Below are positions 26,981 through 39,900 of a stretch of DNA of 64,000 nt, piece by piece. Both the position numbers and the translations under genes were made by a program. Source of the stretch: Euprymna scolopes (Eukaryota). The stretch lies in NCBI GenBank assembly GCA_053919585.1, contig CM132809.1, one strand, 5' to 3'. The notes below the pieces were generated by a model. That model was not told where the DNA came from. It made no database searches and saw only the letters and a list, made by a program, of their open reading frames with translations. How positions within the stretch are numbered: the first letter of the stretch is position 1; every line of letters begins with the position of its first letter.

Positions 26981-27900
26981 TTTTTTTACACAAGCATCAC
27001 CACATTATCAAGGCTAAGAGGCCACTCAAGGATTAGGGTTAAAGAGTGTACAGTAGAAATTAGACAATATAGTAATCATTAGTAATGAAAATTCGGTAAA
27101 TTTGATAACTTATATGGAACGGCTCATCAAGAACTTATTTACGTTAGACTTGAACACAACCATATTGTACTCAGCCGGAAAGCAGGAAAACGGAAGACAA
27201 TTCCACAGGCGTGCACTTCTAAGAAAGAAGCTTTGTTGATGGAATCTATGTTTAGGCACAGATAAAGAGTGAGGAGAATTATTGATGGTGTTTTCAGCTA
27301 GATGAGTGTTTCTTGTGAAAGTTTGGCGAGGGGGAATCGTAGACTGAAGCTCAGTCGAACACTTTCCATGAAAATAACGATATATCAGAGACAAACACGC
27401 AACATCTCTTCTGCGAGATAGAGGTTGAAGGGAAGAGAAAAGGACATCTCCTACGAGGCTACGAAGTCTATTTTGAACTCTATCAAGGCAGGATAAGTCC
27501 TTTCTAGCAGCTCCTGCCAAGATATGGCAACGGTATTCCATCCTTGGACGTACCTGGCTCTTATATAGATAGAGAATTGCATCAGCAGTTAGATATCTAC
27601 CAGATCGATAGAAAGATTCCACCATTTTTCCAGCGGCCTTGGCAACAGATTTGATGCACGTGTTCCATTTAAGATCAGGTGTAAAGGTCAAGCCCAGAAG
27701 CTTATAAAAACTTGAGGCCTCCTGAAGACGAGAGCCATTCATTTCAATTGATGCCAGATGTGGATTAGAATGTTGATGATGTAAAGAGAGAAGCTTGGTT
27801 TTAGATGCATTAAAAGTAACTAGCCACTCCTTTCCCCATTGTACTACGTGCTCAAGATCAGAGGAGAGAGAATCGGAGAGAACTTGGTCGTTTACAGTTT
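26981..27900 (-). mobile_element. 5'-truncated CR1/L2-type LINE (RT C-terminus plus 3' UTR)
   Basis: ORF 27110-27937 is highly similar to the 23928 copy and has the same 3' UTR and poly(A). Confidence 0.9.
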
Positions 27901-28289
27901 TAGATATTTTGCTAAAAAGTTGGATTAGTGATAGCAAACACTTTCTTTTGATAAAAGTTCGGGAGTTTTACGAGTTCTTAATTCTTTTCTTTGTTGCCAC
28001 AAATGATGGAGATACACAGACTGAGATAGATTTTATCAAGCCTTAATATCTGAAATCGTCTTATTTCTGTCCTTTATCTTGGGTGCTGCCATTTATTTTC
28101 ATTTATTCATATTATTCTATATAGGTATGATTAATAGCTGACCTTATAGTGAGCAGTATCCTCACTGCAGGTACCATCACCCTGTATATAAAGAAAGTAT
28201 GAAGGCATCCGAAGACGAGTTCCGCGATGTGGAGAAAGATTTTATTTATGAGAACTTTAATATTAACATGGTTCACATAATTATGGTTT

Positions 28290-30920
28290 TCACTTTGTAT
28301 GGTATTTCATATGTTTTGTTAGATCTTTTTTATGAAAACATGAATATACACATTTTTCACAAGAATATGGCCTTCCACTACTGTGAAATATCATATGCAT
28401 CTCTAGATGGTGTTTCTGCGAACATGAATATTCACATTGTTCACAAGAAAATGGCTTTTGTCCAGTGTGAGTCCTAATATGTAGCACTAGATGTGCTTTC
28501 TGCCGACATGAATAATCACATTGTTTACAAGAATATGGCTTTTCACCAGTGTTAGTACTCATATACGCTGCTAGATTTTGTTGCTCAGGACGTGGATATT
28601 GATATTGTTCACGAGAATATGGATTTTCTCCGGTGTCAGTACTCGTATGCATCGCGAGATTTGGTTTCTCAGGAGAGGAATATTCCAATTGTTCCAAAGA
28701 ATATGGTTTTCCTCCAGTGTGAGTACTCATATGTATCGCTAGATTTGGTTTCTCAAGACAGGAATACTCCAATTGTTCCAAGGAATATGACTTTTCCTCA
28801 GTGTGAGTACTCATATGCATCAGTAGATTTTGATCAGCAGAACGTGGATATTGACATTGTTCCTGAGAATATGGATTTTCTCCTGTGTGAGTACTCATAT
28901 GCATCGGTAGATTTGATTTCTCAGGACAGGAATACTCCAATTGTTCCAAGGAATATGATTTTTCCGCAGTGTTAGTACTCATATGCATCGGTCGATTTGA
29001 TTTCTCAGGACAGGAATACTCCAATTGTTCCAAGGAATATGATTTTTCCGCAGTGTTAGTACTCATATGCATCGGTAGATTTGATTTCTCAGGACAGGAA
29101 TACTCCAATTGTTCCAAGGAATATGATTTTTCCGCAGTGTTAGTACTCATATGCATCGGTAGATTTGATTTCTCAGGACAGGAATACTCCAATTGTTCCA
29201 AGGAATATGATTTTTCCGCAGTGGTACTACTCGAATGCATCGGTAGATTTGATTTCTCAGGACAGAAATACTCCAATTGTTCCAAGGAATGCTCCAATTC
29301 TTCCAAGGAATATGACTTTTCCGCAGTGTTAGTACTCATATGCATCGGTAGATTTGATTTCTCAGGACAGGAATACTCCAATTGTTCCAAGGAATATGAC
29401 TTTTCCGCAGTGTTACTACTCATATGCATCGGATGATTCGATTTCTCAGGACAGGAATACTCCAATTGTTCCAAGGAATATGACTTTTCCTCAGTGTTAC
29501 TACTCATATGCATCGGTAGATTTGATTTCTCAGGACAGGAATACTCCAATTGTTCCAAGGAATATGACTTTTCCTCAGTGTTACTACTCATATGCATCGG
29601 TAGATTTGATTTCTCAGGACAGAAATACTCCAATAGTTCCAAGGAATGCTCCAATTCTTCCAAGGAATATGACTTTTCCGCAGTGTTAGTACTCATATGC
29701 ATCGGTAGATTTGATTTCTCAGGACAGGAATACTCTAATTGTCCCAAGGAATATGACTTTTCCTCAGTGTTACTACTCATATGCATCGGTAGATTTGATT
29801 TCTCAGGACAGGAATACTCCAATTGTTCCAAGGAATATGACTTTTCCTCAGTGTTACTACTCATATGCATCGGTAGATTTGATTTCTCAGGACAGGAATA
29901 CTCCAATTGTTCCAAGGAATATGACTTTTCCTCAGTGTTACTACTCATAGGCATCGGTAGATTTGATTTCTCAGGAAAGAAATACTCCAATTGTTCCAAG
30001 GAATATGACTTTTCCGCAGTGTTAGTACTCATATGCATCGGTAGATTTGATTTCTCAGGACAGGAATACTCCAATTGTTCCAAGGAATATGACTTTTCCT
30101 CAGTATTACTACTCATATGCATCGGTAGATTTGATTTCTCAGGACAGGAATACTCCAATTGTTCCAAGGAATATGACTTTTCCGCAGTGTTACTACTCAT
30201 ATGCATCGATAGATTTGATTTCTCAGGACAGAAATACTCCAATTGTTCCAAGGAATGCTCCAATTCTTCCAAGGAATATGACTTTTCCTCAGTGTTAGTA
30301 CTCATATGCATCGGTAGATTTGATTTCTCAGGACAGGAATACTCCAATTGTTCCAAGGAATATGACTTTTCCGCAGTGTTAGTACTCATATGCATCGGTA
30401 GATTTGATTTCTCAGGACAGGAATACTCCAATTGTTCCAAGGAATATGACTTTTCCTCAGTGTTACTACTCATATGCATCGGTAGATTTGATTTCTCAGG
30501 ACAGGAATACTCCAATTGTTCCAAGGAATATGACTTTTCCTCAGTGTTACTACTCATATGCATCGATAGATTTGATTTCTCAGGACAGGAATACTCCAAT
30601 TGTTCCAAGGAATGCTCCAATTCTTCCAAGGAATATGACTTTTCCGCAGTGTTAGTACTCATATGCATCGGTAGATTTGATTTCTCAGGACAGGAATACT
30701 CCAATTGTTCCAAGGAATATGACTTTTCCTCAGTGTTACTACTCATATGCATCGATAGATTTGATTTCTCAGGACAGGAATACTCCAATTGTTCCAAGGA
30801 ATATGACTTTTCCTCAGTGTTACTACTCATATGCATCGATAGATTTGATTTCTCAGGACAGGAATACTCCAATTGTTCCAAGGAATATGACTTTTCCTCA
30901 GTGTTACTACTCATATGCAT
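28290..30920 (-). CDS. C2H2 zinc-finger protein 3' ORF: degenerate 28-aa repeats followed by three intact fingers (true start unknown; may be a pseudogene)
   Basis: The C-terminus has CKQCDYSCRQKAHLVLHIRTH, CEQCEYSCSQKHHLEMHMIFH and CEKCVYSCFHKKDLTKHMKYH with TGEKPY/TGQKPF/SGRPY linkers at 28293-28529. The frame is open to the first upstream stop at 30936. Confidence 0.55.
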   Translation of the reverse strand: MHMSSNTEEKSYSLEQLEYSCPEKSNLSMHMSSNTEEKSYSLEQLEYSCPEKSNLSMHMSSNTEEKSYSLEQLEYSCPEKSNLPMHMSTNTAEKSYSLEELEHSLEQLEYSCPEKSNLSMHMSSNTEEKSYSLEQLEYSCPEKSNLPMHMSSNTEEKSYSLEQLEYSCPEKSNLPMHMSTNTAEKSYSLEQLEYSCPEKSNLPMHMSTNTEEKSYSLEELEHSLEQLEYFCPEKSNLSMHMSSNTAEKSYSLEQLEYSCPEKSNLPMHMSSNTEEKSYSLEQLEYSCPEKSNLPMHMSTNTAEKSYSLEQLEYFFPEKSNLPMPMSSNTEEKSYSLEQLEYSCPEKSNLPMHMSSNTEEKSYSLEQLEYSCPEKSNLPMHMSSNTEEKSYSLGQLEYSCPEKSNLPMHMSTNTAEKSYSLEELEHSLELLEYFCPEKSNLPMHMSSNTEEKSYSLEQLEYSCPEKSNLPMHMSSNTEEKSYSLEQLEYSCPEKSNHPMHMSSNTAEKSYSLEQLEYSCPEKSNLPMHMSTNTAEKSYSLEELEHSLEQLEYFCPEKSNLPMHSSSTTAEKSYSLEQLEYSCPEKSNLPMHMSTNTAEKSYSLEQLEYSCPEKSNLPMHMSTNTAEKSYSLEQLEYSCPEKSNRPMHMSTNTAEKSYSLEQLEYSCPEKSNLPMHMSTHTGENPYSQEQCQYPRSADQNLLMHMSTHTEEKSYSLEQLEYSCLEKPNLAIHMSTHTGGKPYSLEQLEYSSPEKPNLAMHTSTDTGENPYSREQYQYPRPEQQNLAAYMSTNTGEKPYSCKQCDYSCRQKAHLVLHIRTHTGQKPFSCEQCEYSCSQKHHLEMHMIFHSSGRPYSCEKCVYSCFHKKDLTKHMKYHTK

Positions 30921-33900
30921 CGATAGATTTGATTTCTAAGGACAGGAATACTTCAATTGTTCCAAGGAATATGACTTTTCCTCAGTGTTACTACTCATAT
31001 GCATCGATAGATTTGATTTCTCAGGACAGGAATACTCCAATTGTTCCAAGGAATATGACTTTTCCTCAGTGTTACTACTCATATGCATCGATAGATTTGA
31101 TTTCTCAGGACAGAAATACTCCAATTCTTCCAAGGAATATGACTTTTCCTCAGTGTTACTACTCATATGCATCGATAGATTTGATTTCTCAGGACAGGAA
31201 TACTCCAATTGTTCCAAGGAATGCTCCAATTCTTCCAAGGAATATGACTTTTCCGCAGTGTTAGTACTCATATGCATCGGTAGATTTGATTTCTCAGGAC
31301 AGAAATACTCCAATTGTTCCAAGGAATATTACTTTTCCTCAGTGTTACTACTCATATGCATCGATAGATTTGATTTCTCAGGACAGGAATACTCCAATTG
31401 TTCCAAGGAATGCTCCAATTCTTCCAAGGAATATGACTTTTCCGCAGTGTTAGTACTCATATGCATCGATAGATTTGATTTCTCAGGACAGAAATACTCC
31501 AATTGTTCCAAGGAATATGACTTTTCCTCAGTGTTACTACTCATATGCATCGATAGATTTGATTTCTCAGGACAGGAATACTCCAATTGTTCCAAGGAAT
31601 GCTCCAATTCTTCCAAGGAATATGACTTTTCCGCAGTGTTAGTACTCATATGCATCGGTAGATTTGATTTCTCAGGACAGAAATACTCCAATTGTTCCAA
31701 GGAATATGACTTTTCCTCAGTGTTACTACTCATATGCATCGATAGATTTGATTTCTCAGGACAGGAATACTCCAATTGTTCCAAGGAATGCTCAAATTCT
31801 TCCAAGGAATATGACTTTTCCGCAGTGTTAGTACTCATATGCATCGATAGATTTGATTTCTCAGGACAGAAATACTCCAATTGTTCCAAGGAATATGACT
31901 TTTCCTCAGTGTTACTACTCATATGCATCGATAGATTTGATTTCTCAGGACAGGAATACTCCAATTGTTCCAAGGAATGCTCCAATTCTTCCAAGGAATA
32001 TGACTTTTCCGCAGTGTTAGTACTCATATGCATCGGTAGATTTGATTTCTCAGGACAGGAATACTCCAATTGTTCCAAGGAATATGACTTTTCCTCAGTG
32101 TTACTACTCATATGCATCGGTAGATTTGATTTCTCAGGACAGGAATACTCCAATTGTTCCAAGGAATATGACTTTTCCTCAGTGTTACTACTCATATGCA
32201 TCGATAGATTTGATTTCTCAGGACAGTAATACTCCAATTGTTCCAAGGAATGCTCCAATTCTTCCAAGGAATATGACTTTTCCGCAGTGTTAGTACTCAT
32301 ATGCATCGGTAGATTTGATTTCTCAGGACAGGAATACTCCAATTGTTCCAAGGAATATGACTTTTCCTCAGTGTTACTACTCATATGCATCGATAGATTT
32401 GATTTCTCAGGACAGGAATACTCCAATTGTTCCAAGGAATATGACTTTTCCTCAGTGTTACTACTCATATGCATCGATAGATTTGATTTCTCAGGACAGG
32501 AATACTCCAATTGTTCCAAGGAATATGACTTTTCCTCAGTGTTACTACTCATATGCATCGATAGATTTGATTTCTAAGGACAGGAATACTCCAATTGTTC
32601 CAAGGAATATGACTTTTCCTCAGTGTTACTACTCATATGCATCGATAGATTTGATTTCTCAGGACAGGAATACTCCAATTGTTCCAAGGAATATGACTTT
32701 TCCTCAGTGTTACTACTCATATGCATCGATAGATTTGATTTCTCAGGACAGAAATACTCCAATTGTTCCAAGGAATATGACTTTTCCTCAGTGTTACTAC
32801 TCATATGCATCGATAGATTTGATTTCTCAGGACAGGAATACTCCAATTGTTCCAAGGAATGCTCCAATTCTTCCAAGGAATATGACTTTTCCGCAGTGTT
32901 AGTACTCATATGCATCGGCAGATTTGATTTCTCAGGACAGAAATACTCCAATTGTTCCAAGGAATATGACTTTTCCTCAGTGTTACTACTCATATGCATC
33001 GATAGATTTGATTTCTCAGGACAGGAATACTCCAATTGTTCCAAGGAATGCTCCAATTCTTCCAAGGAATATGACTTTTCCGCAGTGTTAGTACTCATAT
33101 GCATCGATAGATTTGATTTCTCAGGACAGAAATACTCCGATTGTTCCAAGGAATATGACTTTTCCTCAGTGTTACTACTCATATGCATCGATAGATTTGA
33201 TTTCTCAGGACAGGAATACTCCAATTGTTCCAAGGAATGCTCCAATTCTTCCAAGGAATATGACTTTTCCGCAGTGTTAGTACTCATATGCATCGGTAGA
33301 TTTGATTTCTCAGGACAGAAATACTCCAATTGTTCCAAGGAATATGACTTTTCCTCAGTGTTACTACTCATATGCATCGATAGATTTGATTTCTCAGGAC
33401 AGGAATACTCCAATTGTTCCAAGGAATGCTCCAATTCTTCCAAGGAATATGACTTTTCCGCAGTGTTAGTACTCATATGCATCGATAGATTTGATTTCTC
33501 AGGACAGAAATACTCCAATTGTTCCAAGGAATATGACTTTTCCTCAGTGTTACTACTCATATGCATCGATAGATTTGATTTCTCAGGACAGGAATACTCC
33601 AATTGTTCCAAGGAATGCTCCAATTCTTCCAAGGAATATGACTTTTCCGCAGTGTTAGTACTCATATGCATCGGTAGATTTGATTTCTCAGGACAGGAAT
33701 ACTCCAATTGTTCCAAGGAATATGACTTTTCCTCAGTGTTACTACTCATATGCATCGATAGATTTGATTTCTCAGGACAGGAATACTCTAATTGTCCCAA
33801 GGAATATGACTTTTCCGCAGTGTTACTACTCATATGCATCGGTAGATTTGATTTCTCAGGACAGGAATACTCCAATTGTTCCAAGGAATATGACTTTTCC

Positions 33901-36900
33901 TCAGTGTTACTACTCATATGCATCGGTAGATTTGATTTCTCAGGAAAGAAATACTCCAATTGTTCCAAGGAATATGACTTTTCCTCAGTGTTACTACTCA
34001 TATGCATCGGTAGATTTTATTTCTCAGGACAGGAATACTCCAATTGTTCCAAGGAATATGACTTTTCCTCAGTGTTACTACTCATATGCATCGATAGATT
34101 TGATTTCTCAGGACAGGAATACTCCAATTGTTCCAAGGAATATGACTTTTCCTCAGTGTTACTACTCATATGCATCGATAGATTTGATTTCTCAGGACAG
34201 GAATACTCTAATTGTCCCAAGGAATATGACTTTTCCGCAGTGTTACTACTCATATGCATCGGTAGATTTGATTTCTCAGGATAGAAATACTCCAATTGTT
34301 CCAAGGAATATGACTTTTCCTCAGTGTTACTACTCATATGCATCGGTAGATTTGATTTCTCAGGAAAGAAATACTCCAATTGTTCCAAGGAATATGACTT
34401 TTCCTCAGTGTTACTACTCATATGCATCGGTAGATTTTATTTCTCAGGACAGGAATACTCCAATTGTTCCAAGGAATATGACTTTTCCTCAGTGTTACTA
34501 CTCATATGCATCGATAGATTTGATTTCTCAGGACAGGAATACTCCAATTGTTCCAAGGAATATGACTTTTCCTCAGTGTTACTACTCATATGCATCGATA
34601 GATTTGATTTCTCAGGACAGGAATACTCCAATTGTTCCAAGGAATATGACTTTTCCTCAGTGTTACTACTCATATGCATCGATAGATTTGATTTCTCAGG
34701 ACAGAAATACTCCAATTGTTCCAAGGAATGCTCCAATTCTTCCAAGGAATATGACTTTTCCTCAGTGTTAGTACTCATATGCATCGGTAGATTTGATTTC
34801 TCAGGACAGGAATACTCCAATTGTTCCAAGGAATATGACTTTTCCGCAGTGTTAGTACTCATATGCATCGGTAGATTTGATTTCTCAGGACAGGAATACT
34901 CCAATTGTTCCAAGGAATATGACTTTTCCTCAGTGTTACTACTCATATGCATCGATAGATTTGATTTCTCAGGACAGGAATACTCCAATTGTTCCAAGGA
35001 ATGCTCCAATTCTTCCAAGGAATATGACTTTTCCGCAGTGTTAGTACTCATATGCATCGGTAGATTTGATTTCTCAGGACAGGAATACTCCAATTGTTCC
35101 AAGGAATATGACTTTTCCTCAGTGTTACTACTCATATGCATCGGTAGATTTGATTTCTCAGGACAGAAATACTCCAATTGTTCCAAGGAATATGACTTTT
35201 CCTCAGTGTTACTACTCATATGCATCGATAGATTTGATTTCTCAGGACAGGAATACTCCAATTGTTCCAAGGAATGCTCCAATTCTTCCAAGGAATATGA
35301 CTTTTCCGCAGTGTTAGTACTCATATGCATCGGTAGATTTGATTTCTCAGGACAGAAATACTCCAATTGTTCCAAGGAATGCTCCAATTCTTCCAAGGAA
35401 TATGACTTTTCCGCAGTGTTAGTACTCATATGCATCGGTAGATTTGATTTCTCAGGACAGAAATACTCCAATTGTTCCAAGGAATATGACTTTTCCTCAG
35501 TGTTACTACTCATATGCATCGATAGATTTGATTTCTCAGGACAGGAATACTCCAATTGTTCCAAGGAATATGACTTTTCCTCAGTGTTACTACTCATATG
35601 CATCGATAGATTTGATTTCTCAGGACAGGAATACTCCAATTGTTCCAAGGAATATGACTTTTCCTCAGTGTTAGTACTCATATGCATCGATAGATTTTAT
35701 TTCTCAGGACAGGAATACTCCAATTGTTCCAAGGAATATGACTTTTCCTCAGTGTTACTACTCATATGCATCGATAGATTTGATTTCTCAGGACAGGAAT
35801 ACTCCAATTGTTCCAAGGAATGCTCCAATTCTTCCAAGGAATATGACTTTTCCTCAGTGTTAGTACTCATATGCATCGGTAGATTTGATTTCTCAGGACA
35901 GGAATACTCCAATTGTTCCAAGGAATATGACTTTTCCGCAGTGTTAGTACTCATATGCATCGGTAGATTTGATTTCTCAGGACAGGAATACTCCAATTGT
36001 TCCAAGGAATATGACTTTTCCTCAGTGTTACTACTCATATGCATCGGTAGATTTGATTTCTCAGAACAGGAATACTCAAATTGTTCCAAGGAATATGACT
36101 TTTCCTCAGTGTTACTACTCATATGCATCGATAGATTTGATTTCTCAGGACAGGAATACTCCAATTGTTCCAAGGAATGCTCCAATTCTTCCAAGGAATA
36201 TGACTTTTCCGCAGTGTTAGTACTCATATGCATCGGTAGATTTGATTTCTCAGGACAGGAATACTCCAATTGTTCCAAGGAATATGACTTTTCCTCAGTG
36301 TTACTACTCATATGCATCGATAGATTTGATTTCTCAGGACAGGAATACTCCAATTGTTCCAAGGAATATGACTTTTCCTCAGTGTTACTACTCATATGCA
36401 TCGATAGATTTGATTTCTCAGGACAGGAATACTCCAATTGTTCCAAGGAATATGACTTTTCCTCAGTGTTAGTACTCATATGCATCGATAGATTTGATTT
36501 CTCAGGACAGGAATACTCCAATTGTTCCAAGGAATATGACTTTTCCTCAGTGTTACTACTCATATGCATCGATAGATTTGATTTCTCAGGACAGGAATAC
36601 TCCAATTGTTCCAAGGAATATGACTTTTCCTCAGTGTTACTACTCATATGCATCGATAGATTTGATTTCTCAGGACAGGAATACTCCAATTGTTCCAAGG
36701 AATGCTCCAATTCTTCCAAGGAATATGACTTTTCCTCAGTGTTAGTACTCATATGCATCGGTAGATTTGATTTCTCAGGACAGGAATACTCCAATTGTTC
36801 CAAGGAATATGACTTTTCCTCAGTGTTACTACTCATATGCATCGGTAGATTTGATTTCTCAGGACAGGAATACTCCAATTGTTCCAAGGAATATGACTTT

Positions 36901-39900
36901 TCCTCAGTGTTACTACTCATAGGCATCGGTAGATTTGATTTCTCAGGACAGGAATACTCCAATTGTTCCAAGGAATATGACTTTTCCTCAGTGTTACTAC
37001 TCATAGGCATCGGTAGATTTGATTTCTCAGGACAGGAATACTCCAATTGTTCCAAGGAATATGACTTTTCCGCAGTGTTACTACTCATATGCATCGATAG
37101 ATTTGATTTCTCAGGACAGGAATACTCCAATTGTTCCAAGGAATGCTCCAATTCTTCCAAGGAATATGACTTTTCCTCAGTGTTAGTACTCATATGCATC
37201 GGTAGATTTGATTTCTCAGGACAGGAATACTCCAATTGTTCCAAGGAATATGACTTTTCCTCAGTATTACTACTCATATGCATCGATAGATTTGATTTCT
37301 CAGGACAGGAATACTCCAATTGTTCCAAGGAATGCTCCAATTCTTCCAAGGAATATGACTTTTCCGCAGTGTTACTACTCATATGCATCGATAGATTTGA
37401 TTTCTCAGGACAGAAATACTCCAATTGTTCCAAGGAATGCTCCAATTCTTCCAAGGAATATTACTTTTCCTCAGTGTTAGTACTCATATGCATCGGTAGA
37501 TTTGATTTCTCAGGACAGGAATACTCCAATTGTTCCAAGGAATATGACTTTTCCGCAGTGTTAGTACTCATATGCATCGGTAGATTTGATTTCTCAGGAC
37601 AGGAATACTCCAATTGTTCCAAGGAATATGACTTTTCCTCAGTGTTACTACTCATATGCATCGGTAGATTTCATTTCTCTGGACAGGAATACTCCAATTG
37701 TTCCAAGGAATATGACTTTTCCTCAGTGTTACTACTCATATGCATCGATAGATTTGATTTCTCAGGACAGGAATACTCCAATTGTTCCAAGGAATGCTCC
37801 AATTCTTCCAAGGAATATGACTTTTCCGCAGTGTTAGTACTCATATGCATCGGTAGATTTGATTTCTCAGGACAGGAATACTCCAATTGTTCCAAGGAAT
37901 ATGACTTTTCCTCAGTGTTACTACTCATATGCATCGATAGATTTGATTTCTCAGGACAGGAATACTCCAATTGTTCCAAGGAATGCTCCAATTCTTCCAA
38001 GGAATATGACTTTTCCTCAGTGTTAGTACTCATATGCATCGGTAGATTTGATTTCTCAGGACAGGAATACTCCAATTGTTCCAAGGAATATGACTTTTCC
38101 TTAGTATTACTACTCATATGCATCGATAGATTTGATTTCTCAGGACAGAAATACTCCAATTGTTCCAAGGAATATGACTTTTCCTCAGTGTTACTACTCA
38201 TATGCATCGATAGATTTGATTTCTCAGGACAGGAATACTCCAATTGTTCCAAGGAATATGACTTTTCCTCAGTGTTACTACTCATATGCATCGATAGATT
38301 TGATTTCTCAGGAAAGGAATACTCCAATTCTTCCAAGGAATATGACTTTTCCGCAGTGTTACTACTCATATGCATCGATAGAGTTGATTTCTCAGGACAG
38401 AAATACTCCAATTGTTCCAAGGAATGCTCCAATTCTTCCAAGGAATATGACTTTTCCTCAGTGTTAGTACTCATATGCATCGGTAGATTTGATTTCTCAG
38501 GACAGGAATACTCCAATTGTTCCAAGGAATATGACTTTTCCGCAGTGTTAGTACTCATATGCATCGGTAGATTTGATTTCTCAGGACAGGAATACTCCAA
38601 TTGTTCCAAGGAATATGACTTTTCCTCAGTGTTACTACTCATATGCATCGGTAGATTTGATTTCTCAGGACAGGAATACTCCAATTGTTCCAAGGAATAT
38701 GACTTTTCCTCAGTGTTACTACTCATATGCATCGATAGATTTTATTTCTCAGGACAGGAATACTCCAATTGTTCCAAGGAATGCTCCAATTCTTCCAAGG
38801 AATATGACTTTTCCTCAGTGTTAGTACTCATATGCATCGGTAGATTTGATTTCTCAGGACAGGAATACTCCAATTGTTCCAAGGAATATGACTTTTCCTT
38901 AGTATTACTACTCATATGCATCGATAGATTTGATTTCTCAGGACAGGAATACTCCAATTCTTCCAAGGAATATGACTTTTCCGCAGTGTTATTACTCATA
39001 TGCATCGATAGATTTGATTTCTCAGGACAGAAATACTCCAATTGTTCCAAGGAATGCTCCAATTCTTCCAATGAATATGACTTTTCCTCAGTGTAAGTAC
39101 TCATATGCATCGGTAGATTTGATTTCTCAGGACAGGAATACTCCAATTGTTCCAAGGAATATGACTTTTCCGCAGTGTTAGTACTCATATGCATCGGTAG
39201 ATTTGATTTCTCAGGACAGGAATACTCCAATTGTTCCAAGGAATATGACTTTTCCGCAGTGTTAGTACTCATATGCATCGATAGATTTGATTTCTCAGGA
39301 CAGAAATACTCCAATTGTTCCAAGGAATATGACTTTTCCTCAGTATTACTACTCATATGCATCGGTAGATTTGATTTCTCAGGACAGGAATACTCCAATT
39401 GTTCCAAGGAATATGACTTTTCCTCGGTGTTACTACTCATATGCATCGATAGATTTGATTTCTCAGGACAGGAATACTCCAATTCTTCCAAGGAATATGA
39501 CTTTTCCGCAGTGTTACTACTCATATGCATCGATTGATTTGATTTCTCAGGACAGAAATACTCCAATTGTTCCAAGGAATGCTCCAATTCTTCCAAGGAA
39601 TATGACTTTTCCTCAGTGTTAGTACTCATATGCATCGGTAGATTTGATTTCTCAGGACAGGAATACTCCAATTGTTCCAAGGAATATGACTTTTCCGCAG
39701 TGTTAGTACTCATATGCATCGGTAGATTTGATTTCTCAGGACAGGAATACTCCAATTGTTCCAAGGAATATGACTTTTCCTCAGTGTTACTACTCATATG
39801 CATCGGTAGATTTGATTTCTCAGGACAGGAATACTCCAATTGTTCCAAGGAATATGACTTTTCCTCAGTGTTACTACTCATATGCATCGATAGATTTGAT

